Shown: in pieces, positions 1 through 12,688 of the stretch
Position numbering within the stretch: the first letter of the stretch is position 1
Layout of the letters: every line of letters starts with the position of its first letter
Origin: Cyanobacteria bacterium P01_D01_bin.156
Lineage (GTDB): Bacteria; Cyanobacteriota; Cyanobacteriia; Phormidesmidales; Phormidesmidaceae
DNA: 64,000 nucleotides
Direction: 5' to 3'
Assembly (NCBI GenBank): GCA_039024555.1
Contig: JBCCQQ010000019.1
Location: 1 to 64,000 of the forward strand
Notes under the pieces: model-generated
Database searches by the model: none
The model's input: the letters and a program-made list of their open reading frames with translations, nothing else
What the model was told of the DNA's origin: nothing
Position numbers and translations under genes: made by a program

Positions 1-1
1 A

Positions 2-214
2 GTGGAGCATCCAGTGTTGGATATTGTCGCGTTGACGATCTGCGCGGTGATCTGTGGAGCTGAGACCTGGGAAGAAATTGAAGCCTATGGTCATAGCAAA
101 TTGACCTGGCTCAAAACGTTTCTGAGATTGCCGAATGGGATTCCCTCTCACGATACGATTGCCCGAGTGTTTACCTTGCTGGAGCCGACTCAACTACAAG
201 AGTGCTATGAATAG
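2..214 (+). mobile_element. ISAs1-family (H-repeat) transposase N-terminal fragment; 5' end cut by the window edge, premature stop at 214 (pseudogene)
   Basis: AVICGAETWEEIEAYG...WLKTFLRLPNGIPSHDTIARVF is the ISAs1 N-terminal signature; no DDE core follows the stop. Confidence 0.88.
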
Positions 215-231
215 CAAAGGTTTGCTTAAAC

Positions 232-266
232 AGAAGCCCAGACAGCTTAATACTGTCTGGGCTTCT
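232..266. terminator. Hairpin between convergent genes, probable intrinsic terminator
   Basis: AGAAGCCCAGACAG-cttaata-CTGTCTGGGCTTCT, perfect 14-bp stem. Confidence 0.65.
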
Positions 267-340
267 TAGTTCAAATTCCTTCATTGAAGCAATCAAACAT
301 GCGCTGTGAGATCGGCTAACTGTTGCTGGCAAACGATTGA

Positions 341-754
341 TTATTTATCAGTACGTGCATAGTCATCTTGGAAACGAATAATGTCATCCTCTCCCAAGTA
401 TTCACCGTTCTGCACTTCAATAAGTACTAAAGGAATAACACCTGAGTTTTCTAAACGATGGGGTGTACAGGCAGGCACATAGGTCGATTGATTGGTGCAA
501 AGCAGGATTTCGTTATCGCCACAGACAACTTTTGCAGTGCCTGAAACAACAATCCAGTGCTCACTACGATGATGGTGCATCTGCAGACTTAAACGATGAC
601 CAGGTTTAACCTCAATACGCTTGATCTTATAGCCTTTACCTTCTTCAAGGACTGTAAAAGAGCCCCAGGGCCGGGTGTCGAAAGTTGGAGAGTTAGTCAA
701 GCTATCTTTGCCCTCTGGGGCAGATGACTTCGGGCGATCTTGAGTCTGGACCAT
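341..754 (-). CDS. Mannose-6-phosphate isomerase type II C-terminal cupin domain protein
   Basis: RPWGSF...KIKRIEVKPGHRLSLQMHHHRSEHWIVVSG...EVQNGEYLGEDDIIRFQDDY. Confidence 0.9.
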   Translation of the reverse strand: MVQTQDRPKSSAPEGKDSLTNSPTFDTRPWGSFTVLEEGKGYKIKRIEVKPGHRLSLQMHHHRSEHWIVVSGTAKVVCGDNEILLCTNQSTYVPACTPHRLENSGVIPLVLIEVQNGEYLGEDDIIRFQDDYARTDK

Positions 755-1130
755 TGTTAATAATTCCTATCGAAAATACAGATGTTGCTATCAGCCAGAG
801 ACAGGCACAGCTAACGTATGAGCATTACCAATGCTGGAGGCATTTATCATGACTAGCAGAGGTCAAGTATGTTTGACGCTCATACGATGAGCACAAGTTT
901 GAATAACGGTATTCATCTACCGTAATTATTTTGGTTGACGAAGATAGTGGTTTTTGTATCCTCAGATTCAGTTAATTTAAAAAGCAGGTAGGTTCCCCAG
1001 AGGCGTCACATTGCTTCAAATTTTCAGGTCTATCATAACAGCGACAGATAAATAGGAGTCACGGGTAAGCTCACTGAAATGCCAAATTAAACTGAGTCTT
1101 CAACTTATCAAAAATGCCTTGAACATTTTG

Positions 1131-2996
1131 TTAATTAAGGGGCGTTGGGGAAAGATTTGGGTAAGGCGCTGAATCAGGAAATACTCCAACGGCATTGTTA
1201 ATACGAGCCGCGGTACGAGGATGCCGATTAATGAGTTGTCCACTCAGATACAAGCTTGAAGAACTGCCTCCATCTAAGTTCAGTGCTTGGCTACACCCAA
1301 GCTTTTGGGCAATTTGTGAGGCTTCTCTGAGAGTCGGACCACGACCATTAATACGTGATTGAATAGCCACCAATTGAATACGACCATCCGATGTCACCCC
1401 TAAAACGCTGCGGGGAGCCTGACCGGTTACAAAATTAGCGTTAAATCCTTCCTGTTGTGCATTCAGTACTATGTCACCCTTGGCTAGCAGGAGAGGCCCA
1501 GCACCCAGCACATGGGGAAAATCGTTAAACGCCGAGGGGGAAGCTTGTTGAGTAAGAGTAATGCTAGTACCGGGTGCGAAGACAGAAGCTGCCGAGTTAA
1601 AGGCTCGTAGCACTAAAAGATAGCCGGCTGAAGGAATTGGAATTGTATCTTGCCCTGCATTGCCTAATGTACGACGTTGAATGACTTGATTATTCTCAAC
1701 AGTAACAACAGTTTCATTGTCGATTAAGCTTGTGTACTCGGGGCCCCAACTTTTGCTGTAGCGAGCAATGCCAGCCTGGACATAGCCACTGTTGAAAGTA
1801 TCCACAGGGAACGTTTGGTTGTTCACTGTCACAGTAGTGGGCAGCGTGAGGCGAGCCATAAAAGTGTTACCCCGATCATCCCAACCAATGGCTCCACGTC
1901 CTAGAATTGGCCCAGAAATCCATTGATTGTTATACCGCAGAGCACCCAAAGGTAACTGGTTATTACGGTTAAAAAATCCTCCATTAATGAGGGCGATAGT
2001 TTCCCATTGTGTTGCCAAAGCAGTAGGTGGCTTAATGCCGGATGCTTTGTTCGGAAACGCCCATAGAGGCAATAGGGAAAACCCAGATTTTTTGGGGTCT
2101 AGCGTCAATGTATAGACCGGAAACTGGCTCTCACCTAGGGCAACATAGCGTTGCTGGAATTGAAGACCATCCGCCCAAAGCCATTCTTTGGGTTTAAGGG
2201 GATCGGGACGGATATCCACGACTAGGCGGTGAGGCTGCGCTAGACTCCACACATGAGGATGCAAATAATCAGCAACCGTGAATGTTAATGTCGTGCGTTG
2301 ATTACTGGAGGCAATGTTTAGCTTTTTGAGACCCGGTGTAGGTTTCAGTTGAAATTTTGCGATGGTAGTGGTGTCTGCAGCAGCATCTAAAGTGACGGTG
2401 ATGCTGCTGTTGTTGGCACTCACCTGCCAAGCGGCTGCTTGGCTTAAATCTAACACCAACCTATCCCCCCAAGGTTGACGTCCTTGACGGATAGCTGCAA
2501 TACGACTCGCAGGTAGTCTAATATCCAGTACTGAACCTTGAGGGGTGACTTGCCACCCATGCTGGCGAATCAGCGGATCAATGTCGACATAGCGGCTATG
2601 GTCATAACGCCATGCCGGTAAGGCCAGGAGTCGCTGATTAGCCACTGGAAACCATGCAACAGGCTGCTGACTAGGAACACGGGTACTTCCTAGGTCAACA
2701 CCTAATTGGGTTGCGATCGCACCATCGGAAATACCAATCAGCTCACGGCGCTTTTGCCATGCACCGGGCACTAAACGACCATTAATCCGCATTTGACTAC
2801 CACTAGCCGTAGGTTCTGCCGCTTTGACCAAAGCCAATTGACCCACAGCAAATGGAACCACTTGGGTAATGGCAGGTTGCAAATCAACACGGGCACCTCC
2901 TAAAACAAACCCACAGGTACAAAGCGCTAACACAAAACACTTTATGGATGTTTTAAGACGGGCAGACCAATAACCTGGAATGGACATCAGCAACAA
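1131..2996 (-). CDS. Phosphodiester glycosidase (NAGPA/DUF2233) family exported protein
   Basis: N-terminal hydrophobic segment; INGGFFNR, GAGPLL, APRS and ALNLDGGSSS motifs; start uncertain. Confidence 0.85.
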   Translation of the reverse strand: MLLMSIPGYWSARLKTSIKCFVLALCTCGFVLGGARVDLQPAITQVVPFAVGQLALVKAAEPTASGSQMRINGRLVPGAWQKRRELIGISDGAIATQLGVDLGSTRVPSQQPVAWFPVANQRLLALPAWRYDHSRYVDIDPLIRQHGWQVTPQGSVLDIRLPASRIAAIRQGRQPWGDRLVLDLSQAAAWQVSANNSSITVTLDAAADTTTIAKFQLKPTPGLKKLNIASSNQRTTLTFTVADYLHPHVWSLAQPHRLVVDIRPDPLKPKEWLWADGLQFQQRYVALGESQFPVYTLTLDPKKSGFSLLPLWAFPNKASGIKPPTALATQWETIALINGGFFNRNNQLPLGALRYNNQWISGPILGRGAIGWDDRGNTFMARLTLPTTVTVNNQTFPVDTFNSGYVQAGIARYSKSWGPEYTSLIDNETVVTVENNQVIQRRTLGNAGQDTIPIPSAGYLLVLRAFNSAASVFAPGTSITLTQQASPSAFNDFPHVLGAGPLLLAKGDIVLNAQQEGFNANFVTGQAPRSVLGVTSDGRIQLVAIQSRINGRGPTLREASQIAQKLGCSQALNLDGGSSSSLYLSGQLINRHPRTAARINNAVGVFPDSAPYPNLSPTPLN

Positions 2997-3330
2997 TGTA
3001 ACTTGCAGAAAATTTCAGCTGTAAGAGCTATGGGTAAGTGGATTGGGCGTAAGGAGTAGCCGTAGCGATTCAAACACAAATACCCATAAATACCTGAAAA
3101 CACGTAGCTATTCTTGACGAACCTGGGGTGCTCACTTAATAATATCGATCCCTAGTGTTGGCGCGTGCTTTCATACGTAGTTTGTCAGCTTCCATGAAGG
3201 ATGACTAAATTTGATTTACTTTTAATAAGGTAAGCATCGTATGAGCAACATCATGGCAATTCAAGCATTGTGAGTATTTGCACACAACCATCTACTGCTG
3301 GAGAAGTTAAGCTTGCGTTTAACTTTATCA

Positions 3331-3344
3331 GTATCAATTTATAC
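3331..3344. promoter_or_regulatory. Putative NtcA site upstream of glutamate synthase
   Basis: GTATCAATTTATAC matches GTA-N8-TAC, about 220 bp upstream of the glsF start. Confidence 0.4.
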
Positions 3345-3565
3345 ACAGCAGTACCATCTGCCGATATTGACTGACCCAAAATAGCTCTTAGCAAAAGCTT
3401 TTGAGCTAATACGAAACAAATCTTGTAGCAGCCATTGATTTTTTCCTTTGGAAACTTTTCCAAGGGGCAACTCCTTCGGCACTATTTATCCCGCACATCG
3501 GTGATAGTAGCCAATGGTTGCATCCTCAACGCGTTTTCTTTCTCTTTTCTTTTTGCGACTGGCCC

Positions 3566-6500
3566 ATGGTTAACAAGCGTATGGATAATATTCAAGCAAA
3601 CCAGCAATCTCATTGGCTGCCATCTTTAGGGCCTAAATCACTGGTGGAGGAACGAGATGCCTGCGGCGTTGGATTTATTGCTGACCGGCAAGGACGTGCT
3701 AGCCATCGTCTAGTTAATGACGCTCTCCATGCTCTCAGCTGTATGGAACATCGAGGTGGTTGCTGTGCCGACCAAGATTCTGGCGATGGCGCGGGGATTA
3801 TGACAGCGATTCCCTGGAAAATCCTACAGGGGTGGGCTGGCCAAACAACACTGAATACCAACCATGTAGGTGTTGGTATGAGCTTTTTACCCCGCCATGG
3901 TCAAGCGGCTAAAATTGCCAAGGAAGCATTCTCTCAGGCGGCAAGAGACTCTGACATCAAGGTATTGGGATGGCGGCCCGTACCTGTTGCCTCTGACACG
4001 TTAGGGGCATTAGCTAAAGAATTTGAGCCACAAATTGAGCAAGTTTTAGTGGAATCTCAAGCTACGGGCGACGAACTGGAGCGTGAATTGTTTCTCCTGC
4101 GTCGTGGTTGGCTTCGTGCCTTGGAAGCAGTACAAGGCCCCGATGAAATTCAAACTGCATTGAAGGACGCCTACATGTGTTCTTTCTCCGGTCGGACCAT
4201 AGTGTATAAGGGAATGGTTCGCAGCGAGGTGCTAGGGCAATTTTATCTAGACCTACAAAATAGTGACTATGAGAGTGCTTTTGCCGTTTACCATCGCCGC
4301 TTTAGTACCAACACTATGCCTAAGTGGCCTCTGGCACACCCGATGCGTTTGCTAGGGCACAATGGTGAAATTAACACTTTGATTGGCAACATCAATTGGA
4401 TGATGGCCCGTGAGGCCGATTTAGCTAGTCCGGTGTGGGGGGAAAATATTGAAAAGCTGAAGCCCATTGTCAATGCTGATAATAGCGATTCAGCCAATTT
4501 GGATAACGTTATGGAGCTATTGGTGCGCTCAGGGCGCACTCCGGCCCAAGCCTTGATGATGATGGTACCTGAGGCGTACTTGAATCAGCCGGAATTGTTG
4601 AATTACCCAGAAATCACTAGCTTTTACGAGTACTACAGTGGGGTTCAGGAGCCTTGGGATGGCCCTGCTTTAGTTGTATTTAGTGATGGTAAACAGGTTG
4701 GCGCTACCCTAGACCGCAATGGCCTGCGCCCAGCTCGGTATGCGATTACCCGCAGCGGCTATCTGGTGGTTTCCTCGGAAGCAGGCGTAGTGGACTTACC
4801 TACAGAAGACGTCGTAGAAAAAGGTCGTTTAGGCCCTGGCCAGATGATCGCTATTGATTTCGATACCCACGAGATCTTAAAAAATTGGGATATCAAACAG
4901 CGGGTTGCCCAATCTCAGCCATATGGAGACTGGTTACGCGACCATCGTCAGGTAATCTCTCCTCAACTATTCCAAGAGCGGCCACAGCTCGACACTAAAG
5001 TGTTGCTTACTCAGCAAACAGCGTTCGGCTACACAGCTGAAGACCTGGATATGATCATTCAGGATATGGCAGCCCAAGGCAAAGAGCCCACCTACTGTAT
5101 GGGTAACGATGCTCCCCTGGCAGTGCTCTCTGACAAACCCCACTTGCTGTACAACTACTTCAAGCAGCGGTTTGCCCAAGTGACGAATCCCCCCATTGAT
5201 CCCCTGAGAGAACGGTTAGTCATGTCCCTGCAAACCCAGCTAGGTCAGCGTTCTAATCTGTTAGAAGATCAGCCAAGTCGATTAATCAAACTAGAATCTC
5301 CATTGGTTAATGACAATGAACTCCAAATAATTCGACAGGGACAATTACAAACGGCCAGCGTATCTACCCTATACACCATCGAAGATGGCCCAAATAGTTT
5401 GCAGCAGGCACTCAATTTCCTTTGCAAGAAGGCAGAGGCGGCTGTCAAGGCTGGGGCAGAGGTATTGATTCTGAGCGATCGCATTGACACCGAAGGCAAT
5501 CCGGCTGCTCTATCTGCGAATCAGACTTACATCCCACCACTGTTGGCAGTGGGCGCGGTCCACTATCACCTGATTGACAACGGGCTACGGATGCGAGCTT
5601 CGTTACTGGTGGATACAGCCCAATGTTGGAGCACTCATCACTTTGCTTGTTTGCTCGGCTATGGCGCTAGTGCAATCTGTCCCTATTTAGCACTCGAAAG
5701 CGTACGCCAGTGGTGGGCCAACAGCAAAACCCAAAAGCTAATGGAATCAGGCAAGCTGCCAGTAACCACCTTAAACGGAGCCCAGGCAAACTACCGTAAG
5801 GCGGTGGAAGCAGGTTTGCTGAAGATTCTTTCAAAGATGGGGATCTCGCTACTGTCTAGCTATCAAGGGGCTCAAATTTTTGAGGCGATTGGGATCGGGC
5901 CGGAGCTACTGGCAGCTGGATTTAAAGGCAGCATCTCTCGTCTTGGCGGTTTGACCCTGGCAGAACTTGCCCAAGAAACGATGCGCTTCCACAGCAAAGC
6001 GTTTCCTGAACTCACAACCAAACGATTGGAGCACATGGGCTTTGTTCAGGCTCGTCCTAAGGGCGAGTACCACAGCAACAGTCCTCAGATGACTAAGCTG
6101 CTGCATAAAGCCGTGAAGTCTAACCAGTACGACCACTATGCAGTTTACAAAGAGCACCTTAAGGAGAGTCCCATAGCGGCTCTGCGAGATCTTTTAGATT
6201 TTAAGAGTGATCGCAACTCTATCTCTATCGATGAAGTAGAACCGGTAGAAGCGATTATGAAACGGTTTTGCACCGGGGGAATGTCCCTAGGGGCGCTATC
6301 AAGGGAAGCTCATGAAACCCTTGCGATCGCGATGAACCGCATCGGTGGTAAATCTAACTCAGGCGAAGGTGGCGAAGATACCGTACGATTCCAGCCCATC
6401 AATGATGTGGATGACAACGGTTTATCAGAAACTCTGCCGCACTTGAAGGGGTTAAAACCAGGAGATACTGCATGCTCCGCCATTAAGCAGGTGGCTTCAG

Positions 6501-8212
6501 GGCGTTTTGGCGTCACACCTGAGTATCTGATGAGCGCCAAACAAATTGAAATCAAGATGGCCCAGGGCGCAAAACCTGGCGAGGGTGGACAGCTGCCCGG
6601 TCGCAAAGTGAGTGACTACATTGCTTCTTTGCGTCGTTCTAAACCTGGTGTAACCCTCATTTCTCCGCCACCCCACCACGATATTTACTCGATTGAAGAC
6701 TTGGCACAGCTGATTTACGACCTGCATCAGATTAACCCTGCAGCTGGTGTATCCGTAAAACTCGTGTCAGAAATTGGCATTGGCACCATTGCAGCGGGCG
6801 TAGCTAAGGCCAATGCAGACATTATCCAGGTCTCTGGCCATGACGGAGGAACCGGGGCGTCTCCCCTCAGCTCCATCAAACATGCTGGGGTGCCCTGGGA
6901 ACTGGGTCTGACCGAAGTTCACCGAGTGCTACTGGAAAATCAGCTTCGGAACCGTGTGCTCTTACGGGTAGACGGCGGCATCAAGACCGGTTGGGATGTC
7001 CTCATGGGCGCCCTGATGGGAGCAGAGGAGTATGGCTTTGGTACCATCGCCATGATTGCGGAGGGGTGCATTATGGCCAGGGTCTGTCATACCAATAGCT
7101 GCCCTGTCGGAGTGACCACCCAGCGAGAAGAACTCCGCAAGCGCTTTACCGGTATTCCCGAACATGTGGTCAATTTCTTCTACTTTGTGGCGGAAGAGGT
7201 ACGTGCCCTCCTGGCTCACTTGGGCTATCGGTCATTGGCAGAAGTCATTGGTCGAGCCGATTTATTAACTCATCGGGCAGACGCTAATCTTGCCAAAACC
7301 CAAGGGTTGGTTATGGATATCATGACTAAACTTCCAGATACTCGCAGCGATCGCAGCTGGTTAAACCATGGTGGCGTCCATAGCAACGGTCCTGTTCTAG
7401 ATGACCAATTGCTAGGAGACAGCGACATTCAGCAAGCGATCTCAAACCAGAGCACGGCAGAGAAGACCATTGATGTCATCAATACCGATCGCTCCGTTGG
7501 TACCCGCATTTCGGGAGCGATCGCCAAGCAATACGGCAATACCGGCTTTGCAGGCACCTTGAATCTTACCTTTAAGGGCAGCGTCGGCCAGAGCTTCGGT
7601 GCCTTCAACTTGCCAGGGATGAACTTGCGCATGATAGGCGAAGCCAATGACTATGTTGGTAAAGGGATGCACGGTGGTGAGGTAATTATTACCCCCTTTG
7701 AAGGTGTGCAATATGACCCATCAGACAACGTAATTGTGGGTAATACTTGTCTCTACGGGGCCACCGGTGGTACGCTCTACGCCTTTGGTAAAGCTGGAGA
7801 ACGCTTTGCGGTACGTAACTCTAAGGGAGAAGCCGTCATAGAAGGAGCCGGTGACCATTGCTGCGAGTACATGACCGGTGGTGTTGTTGTATGTCTAGGT
7901 AGTGTTGGCCGCAATGTGGGCGCTGGTATGACCGGTGGGTTGGGCTATTTCCTTGATGAGAAAGGCGACTTTCCTACCCGAGTCAATCCTGAAATTGTAA
8001 AAGTACAACGGGTGATTACCCCCGAGGGTGCTGAACAATTAAAAGCAATGATCACTCGCCACGCTGAACGCACGGGCAGTACTAAGGCTGCTCGGATCTT
8101 GGCAGATTGGGACAACTATTTGCCCAAGTTCTGGCAAGTCGTTCCACCTTCAGAGGCGGAGCGTCCGGAAACAGTTGCAAGCAATGAAACAGTTGCAGCA
8201 TCTGTAGGTTAG
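3566..8212 (+). CDS. glsF: Ferredoxin-dependent glutamate synthase (Fd-GOGAT)
   Basis: ERDACGVGF Ntn amidotransferase start; [31 protein letters not shown] 3Fe-4S motif; no small-subunit gltD adjacent; start likely 3566 or 3581 rather than 3518. Confidence 0.93.
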   Translation: MVNKRMDNIQANQQSHWLPSLGPKSLVEERDACGVGFIADRQGRASHRLVNDALHALSCMEHRGGCCADQDSGDGAGIMTAIPWKILQGWAGQTTLNTNHVGVGMSFLPRHGQAAKIAKEAFSQAARDSDIKVLGWRPVPVASDTLGALAKEFEPQIEQVLVESQATGDELERELFLLRRGWLRALEAVQGPDEIQTALKDAYMCSFSGRTIVYKGMVRSEVLGQFYLDLQNSDYESAFAVYHRRFSTNTMPKWPLAHPMRLLGHNGEINTLIGNINWMMAREADLASPVWGENIEKLKPIVNADNSDSANLDNVMELLVRSGRTPAQALMMMVPEAYLNQPELLNYPEITSFYEYYSGVQEPWDGPALVVFSDGKQVGATLDRNGLRPARYAITRSGYLVVSSEAGVVDLPTEDVVEKGRLGPGQMIAIDFDTHEILKNWDIKQRVAQSQPYGDWLRDHRQVISPQLFQERPQLDTKVLLTQQTAFGYTAEDLDMIIQDMAAQGKEPTYCMGNDAPLAVLSDKPHLLYNYFKQRFAQVTNPPIDPLRERLVMSLQTQLGQRSNLLEDQPSRLIKLESPLVNDNELQIIRQGQLQTASVSTLYTIEDGPNSLQQALNFLCKKAEAAVKAGAEVLILSDRIDTEGNPAALSANQTYIPPLLAVGAVHYHLIDNGLRMRASLLVDTAQCWSTHHFACLLGYGASAICPYLALESVRQWWANSKTQKLMESGKLPVTTLNGAQANYRKAVEAGLLKILSKMGISLLSSYQGAQIFEAIGIGPELLAAGFKGSISRLGGLTLAELAQETMRFHSKAFPELTTKRLEHMGFVQARPKGEYHSNSPQMTKLLHKAVKSNQYDHYAVYKEHLKESPIAALRDLLDFKSDRNSISIDEVEPVEAIMKRFCTGGMSLGALSREAHETLAIAMNRIGGKSNSGEGGEDTVRFQPINDVDDNGLSETLPHLKGLKPGDTACSAIKQVASGRFGVTPEYLMSAKQIEIKMAQGAKPGEGGQLPGRKVSDYIASLRRSKPGVTLISPPPHHDIYSIEDLAQLIYDLHQINPAAGVSVKLVSEIGIGTIAAGVAKANADIIQVSGHDGGTGASPLSSIKHAGVPWELGLTEVHRVLLENQLRNRVLLRVDGGIKTGWDVLMGALMGAEEYGFGTIAMIAEGCIMARVCHTNSCPVGVTTQREELRKRFTGIPEHVVNFFYFVAEEVRALLAHLGYRSLAEVIGRADLLTHRADANLAKTQGLVMDIMTKLPDTRSDRSWLNHGGVHSNGPVLDDQLLGDSDIQQAISNQSTAEKTIDVINTDRSVGTRISGAIAKQYGNTGFAGTLNLTFKGSVGQSFGAFNLPGMNLRMIGEANDYVGKGMHGGEVIITPFEGVQYDPSDNVIVGNTCLYGATGGTLYAFGKAGERFAVRNSKGEAVIEGAGDHCCEYMTGGVVVCLGSVGRNVGAGMTGGLGYFLDEKGDFPTRVNPEIVKVQRVITPEGAEQLKAMITRHAERTGSTKAARILADWDNYLPKFWQVVPPSEAERPETVASNETVAASVG

Positions 8213-8254
8213 TCAGCCATACCCTGACCATCACGGCATAAGCCAGATTCCTTT

Positions 8255-8293
8255 AAAGGGACGTTACCACAAGTGCTGTGGTAACGTCCCTTT
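8255..8293 (+). terminator. Intrinsic terminator after glsF
   Basis: AAAGGGACGTTACCAC-aagtgct-GTGGTAACGTCCCTTT, 16-bp stem. Confidence 0.75.
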
Positions 8294-8441
8294 GAGCTGT
8301 TCAATTCGTGTATTACTGACGCTTCGACAAGACTTAAAAGACGCAGACATTCCATTGCCCCATCAAGCATTTCATCTTCATAAACCAGCAACGACAAAAT
8401 TGGCATTAGGATGGGCAGTAGATTGTTGCCCATCACTGTCT

Positions 8442-9020
8442 GTGTTGCTAAATCAAGCATTAAAAGAATGGTCTGTTGCCATTGATGCCCTAATCCAAGG
8501 GCAGACAGTTCTCTTGTTACGTAAGGGAGGAATTCGTGAAGTTGGCAAACACTTTCAAGTTCCTTATCAACAGGTATGGCTGTACCCCACCTATGAACAC
8601 CAAAAACCCCATTTGCTAAAACCAGCCTGGGCTGATCAGATAGCACCAGTAAATCCCGGCTGGCACCCCACACAAGTCAAGTTAGCGGCATGGGCCAATA
8701 TCTCTCATGTTTGGACGGTGAGTACGCTAGAAGCCGTTAACGCGTTACTGCCCTTTCATATCTGGAACGAACAGTTTGTAGCAGAACGATTTCACTGGAA
8801 ACCCAGCCAGCCCTTACATTTACTACTCTTAAAGGTGCATCGTCTGACCTCTCCTATCATCCTTGATTGGCAATCTACCTATGGTGGCTGTCGTTCTTGG
8901 CTAATATTGCAACGCACGTTAGACACTGAGCCATCGACACCAGTTTTGGACGATACGCTGTTCTCTCAAACTGTGCAAAATATCCAAACTCAGCTAGGAG
9001 ACATCACGATATCTCCATAG
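8442..9020 (+). CDS. DUF1802 family protein
   Basis: ALKEW...LLRKGGIRE, LYPTYEHQ and YGGCRSW motifs; start placed at GTG 8442, just before ALKEW. Confidence 0.85.
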   Translation: MLLNQALKEWSVAIDALIQGQTVLLLRKGGIREVGKHFQVPYQQVWLYPTYEHQKPHLLKPAWADQIAPVNPGWHPTQVKLAAWANISHVWTVSTLEAVNALLPFHIWNEQFVAERFHWKPSQPLHLLLLKVHRLTSPIILDWQSTYGGCRSWLILQRTLDTEPSTPVLDDTLFSQTVQNIQTQLGDITISP

Positions 9021-9138
9021 ACATCGGTCAATTTCCAAACATCAAAGATATTTGAATCTACTTTTGCGAATAATGTCGATTCAGTGATGTTCGACCATAT
9101 TTTGAAATCCTTATTCATATTCCTAACGAAAACTCTAA

Positions 9139-10311
<1,173 letters not shown>

Positions 10312-10369
10312 GAAAGGAGACTTAAGGCTCAATCAGCGCAGCTATATCTGACCACTGAGCTGTAAACAT

Positions 10370-10398
10370 AAAAGGCGGCCTCCTATGGGCCGCCTTTT
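10370..10398. terminator. Bidirectional intrinsic terminator between gap1 and psb32
   Basis: AAAAGGCGGCC-tcctatg-GGCCGCCTTTT. Confidence 0.8.
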
Positions 10399-10480
10399 GT
10401 TTTATCTTAGTCGTTGAAATATCTTGATCAATCGCCGCCACCCACATCATCGGCTTAGGCAAACTTCAATCTGTGAGCAG

Positions 10481-11191
10481 TTAACCCCCTACAGACTGGT
10501 ACCAGTAGTACGTTACCATGGGAATAACCGTGGCCAGAATCAGCAGCACAACAACAACCCAAGTAGAACTCGTACGGTTGGCTTCTGTTTCTTCAGCCGT
10601 AGCGAATGTACCTTCAACATTGATGGTTTCTTCAATCAGCGGCGGCCCTGGGTCTGGCTCTCCTGCTAAAACTGCAGCTAACCGTTGGGTTGCATCATCA
10701 AAAGCTCGGTTGTAGCTATTATTCTTCAGCAACGGCGCCTTCATCGTTTCATCAGTGATGCTCTCGGCAATATCAGCCGTTAGTAACGTAGCCGTTTCTT
10801 CCCCTGCTGTCAGTCCAATGTTGTTGGTGACATCATCTAGTACGACAATTGTTTGGTTAGCTGCAGCTTCAGGGGAGGGAAACCAACGATTAAACAGCTG
10901 TTCGGAAAAGCTTTGAGCCGTTTCACCATAGTCTAGGCGATGGATAGTAACATAGCGAACTTCTTGACCAGTCGATGCTGCTAGCTTTTTCAAATCCTTG
11001 TTCAGGTTATTTTCATTCAAGCGAGTAATTTGCTTGGCGTCGTCCAAAACCCAGTTATCACTGTTAGGGGCAATGGGCATGTCATAAACCCCCGTAGCAT
11101 TCGCAGGGGAGGGAAAGATAAGGTTAACAGTTATTGCGATCGCAACCACAACAATCCAGCGGCAGCGATAGAAGATCGAACTCAGGCGCAT
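10481..11191 (-). CDS. psb32: Photosystem II repair protein Psb32 (TPM domain)
   Basis: Signal peptide ending ANA-TGVYDMP; VRYVTIHRLDYGET; PDPGPP; C-terminal TM helix ATVIPMVTYYWY. Confidence 0.9.
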   Translation of the reverse strand: MRLSSIFYRCRWIVVVAIAITVNLIFPSPANATGVYDMPIAPNSDNWVLDDAKQITRLNENNLNKDLKKLAASTGQEVRYVTIHRLDYGETAQSFSEQLFNRWFPSPEAAANQTIVVLDDVTNNIGLTAGEETATLLTADIAESITDETMKAPLLKNNSYNRAFDDATQRLAAVLAGEPDPGPPLIEETINVEGTFATAEETEANRTSSTWVVVVLLILATVIPMVTYYWYQSVGG

Positions 11192-11382
11192 GATGTTTCA
11201 AGAAGCAGCAATTGAGCAGCTACATAACTACCCATATTGACTACTATAAATGACCTGACGCTTCAGATATCTATATTTGTACGTTTTACTCGAAGACAAT
11301 TCAAGCCATACCGGTGAAGCTGGTTAAGCTTTAAGGAGCATCTACACCCCTGCCAACCGGACAGGCTGTGCAGACGACGCAT

Positions 11383-11417
11383 AAAAAAGCGACACCGTTT
11401 AACACGGTATCGCTTTT
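11383..11417 (-). terminator. Intrinsic terminator downstream of the small ORF at 11507-11728
   Basis: AAAAGCGACACCGT/ACGGTATCGCTTTT stem, U-tract on the minus strand. Confidence 0.65.
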
Positions 11418-11506
11418 CGAGAGTTACACAAATATGTGGGGGCTTGAGGAGAAGTTGATGTGTAGTGAGCTTTATTGCGACTTCTCAAAGGGACCTATCA
11501 ATGAAC

Positions 11507-11728
11507 TTACACTTGCACAGGAATAATACATCCATCAGCAATGGCACTATCTAAAATAGCCAGCTGACGCTCTTCAGAAGCCGTCAAACTATCCTTGGAC
11601 CGATGTCTTTCAATGGCAGCTGCAACACCCGGAGACAATTCCCTGTGAGTTAAGGCAGTACGCACCAGAAAATCTAAATTCTGACCAGCGAATTGAGTAA
11701 CATTGAACATAGTAGCAACGTTTTTCAA
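11507..11728 (-). CDS. Small hypothetical protein (start may be ATG 11710)
   Basis: Isolated ORF with its own terminator; C-terminus EERQLAILDSAIADGCI resembles small cyanobacterial hypotheticals. Confidence 0.6.
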   Translation of the reverse strand: MKNVATMFNVTQFAGQNLDFLVRTALTHRELSPGVAAAIERHRSKDSLTASEERQLAILDSAIADGCIIPVQV

Positions 11729-11867
11729 GTGACTATTGCTACATTCGCGTTTTACATCCTATCTTCCGGATCAAAACGTTAATTACAGGCCCCAAACTTG
11801 GCTTCGATAGACACTTAAAAAATTGGCTATCGAACAACACAGTTCCTATGTGTTGAAAACGGGTCGA

Positions 11868-12539
11868 TCATGGGCTTGAAGAAGCTACATTTTGCTTATT
11901 CTTCATAGAAGCTGCCAAAGCGATCGCAGCAGGATATATACGATGTTCTTGGACTTGAATCCTAGCTTGCAGTTGTGCCAAGGTATCACTTGCCAAAATC
12001 GGCACGGCGGCCTGCATAACAATCGGCCCACTATCAACCTCAAGTTCCACGTGATGCACGGTACAGCCAGCCAAGGTAACCCCTGACTCCAACGCCTGCT
12101 GAACAGCATGTAACCCTGGAAAACTCGGCAATAAACTGGGATGAATATTCAGCAAACATCCAGGAAATGCATCAATTAAACGTTGGGTCACTCGCCGCAT
12201 CCAGCCTGCCATAATCACCCAGGTAACATTGTGAGGCTCTAGTGCGTCAACGATCGCCTGATCCAAAGCGTCCCGTGACTCAAACTCACGATGATTTAAG
12301 AGCACACTAGGAATACTCCATTGAGCTGCACGTTCTAGCACCTTGGCACCAGGATTGTTACAGATGACAACTTTTACTGTGGCCTGGAGCTCTGAACGCT
12401 CGATAGCCGTCATAATCGCTTCAAAGTTACTGCCGTTACCAGATGCTAAAACACCGAGGTTCAGGGGGGGGTATACGAGTTTTTCCAAATCGATATCTGG
12501 CGCAAGTAGTGCTTCCTTAGAGCAATCAATAGAACCCAT
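11868..12539 (-). CDS. purN: Phosphoribosylglycinamide formyltransferase
   Basis: GVLASGNGSNFEAI, LNIHPSLLPSFPGL, GCTVHHV..VDSGPI, QEHRIYP. Confidence 0.95.
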   Translation of the reverse strand: MGSIDCSKEALLAPDIDLEKLVYPPLNLGVLASGNGSNFEAIMTAIERSELQATVKVVICNNPGAKVLERAAQWSIPSVLLNHREFESRDALDQAIVDALEPHNVTWVIMAGWMRRVTQRLIDAFPGCLLNIHPSLLPSFPGLHAVQQALESGVTLAGCTVHHVELEVDSGPIVMQAAVPILASDTLAQLQARIQVQEHRIYPAAIALAASMKNKQNVASSSP

Positions 12540-12688
12540 AAGTTAAAAATAAACAAACGTTAGAATTGTACAAGGACCTAGGTAGAGGTTTATTGGGTGC
12601 CGTAAAGTCTAAGTGTTTATACCTGTTTCAGCCACAAAAATACTTGGCATGATACAGCTCTAATTCTTTTGATAAAAATCAGGGCATA

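Noticed and set aside
3610..7711. Numerous minus-strand ORFs of 70-98 aa inside glsF, and similar shadow ORFs in other genes
   Set aside because: Antisense or alternate-frame shadows of strongly supported genes, with no recognisable motifs.
8209..8673. 154-aa minus-strand ORF
   Set aside because: Overlaps the DUF1802 gene and the glsF terminator in antisense; no family motif.
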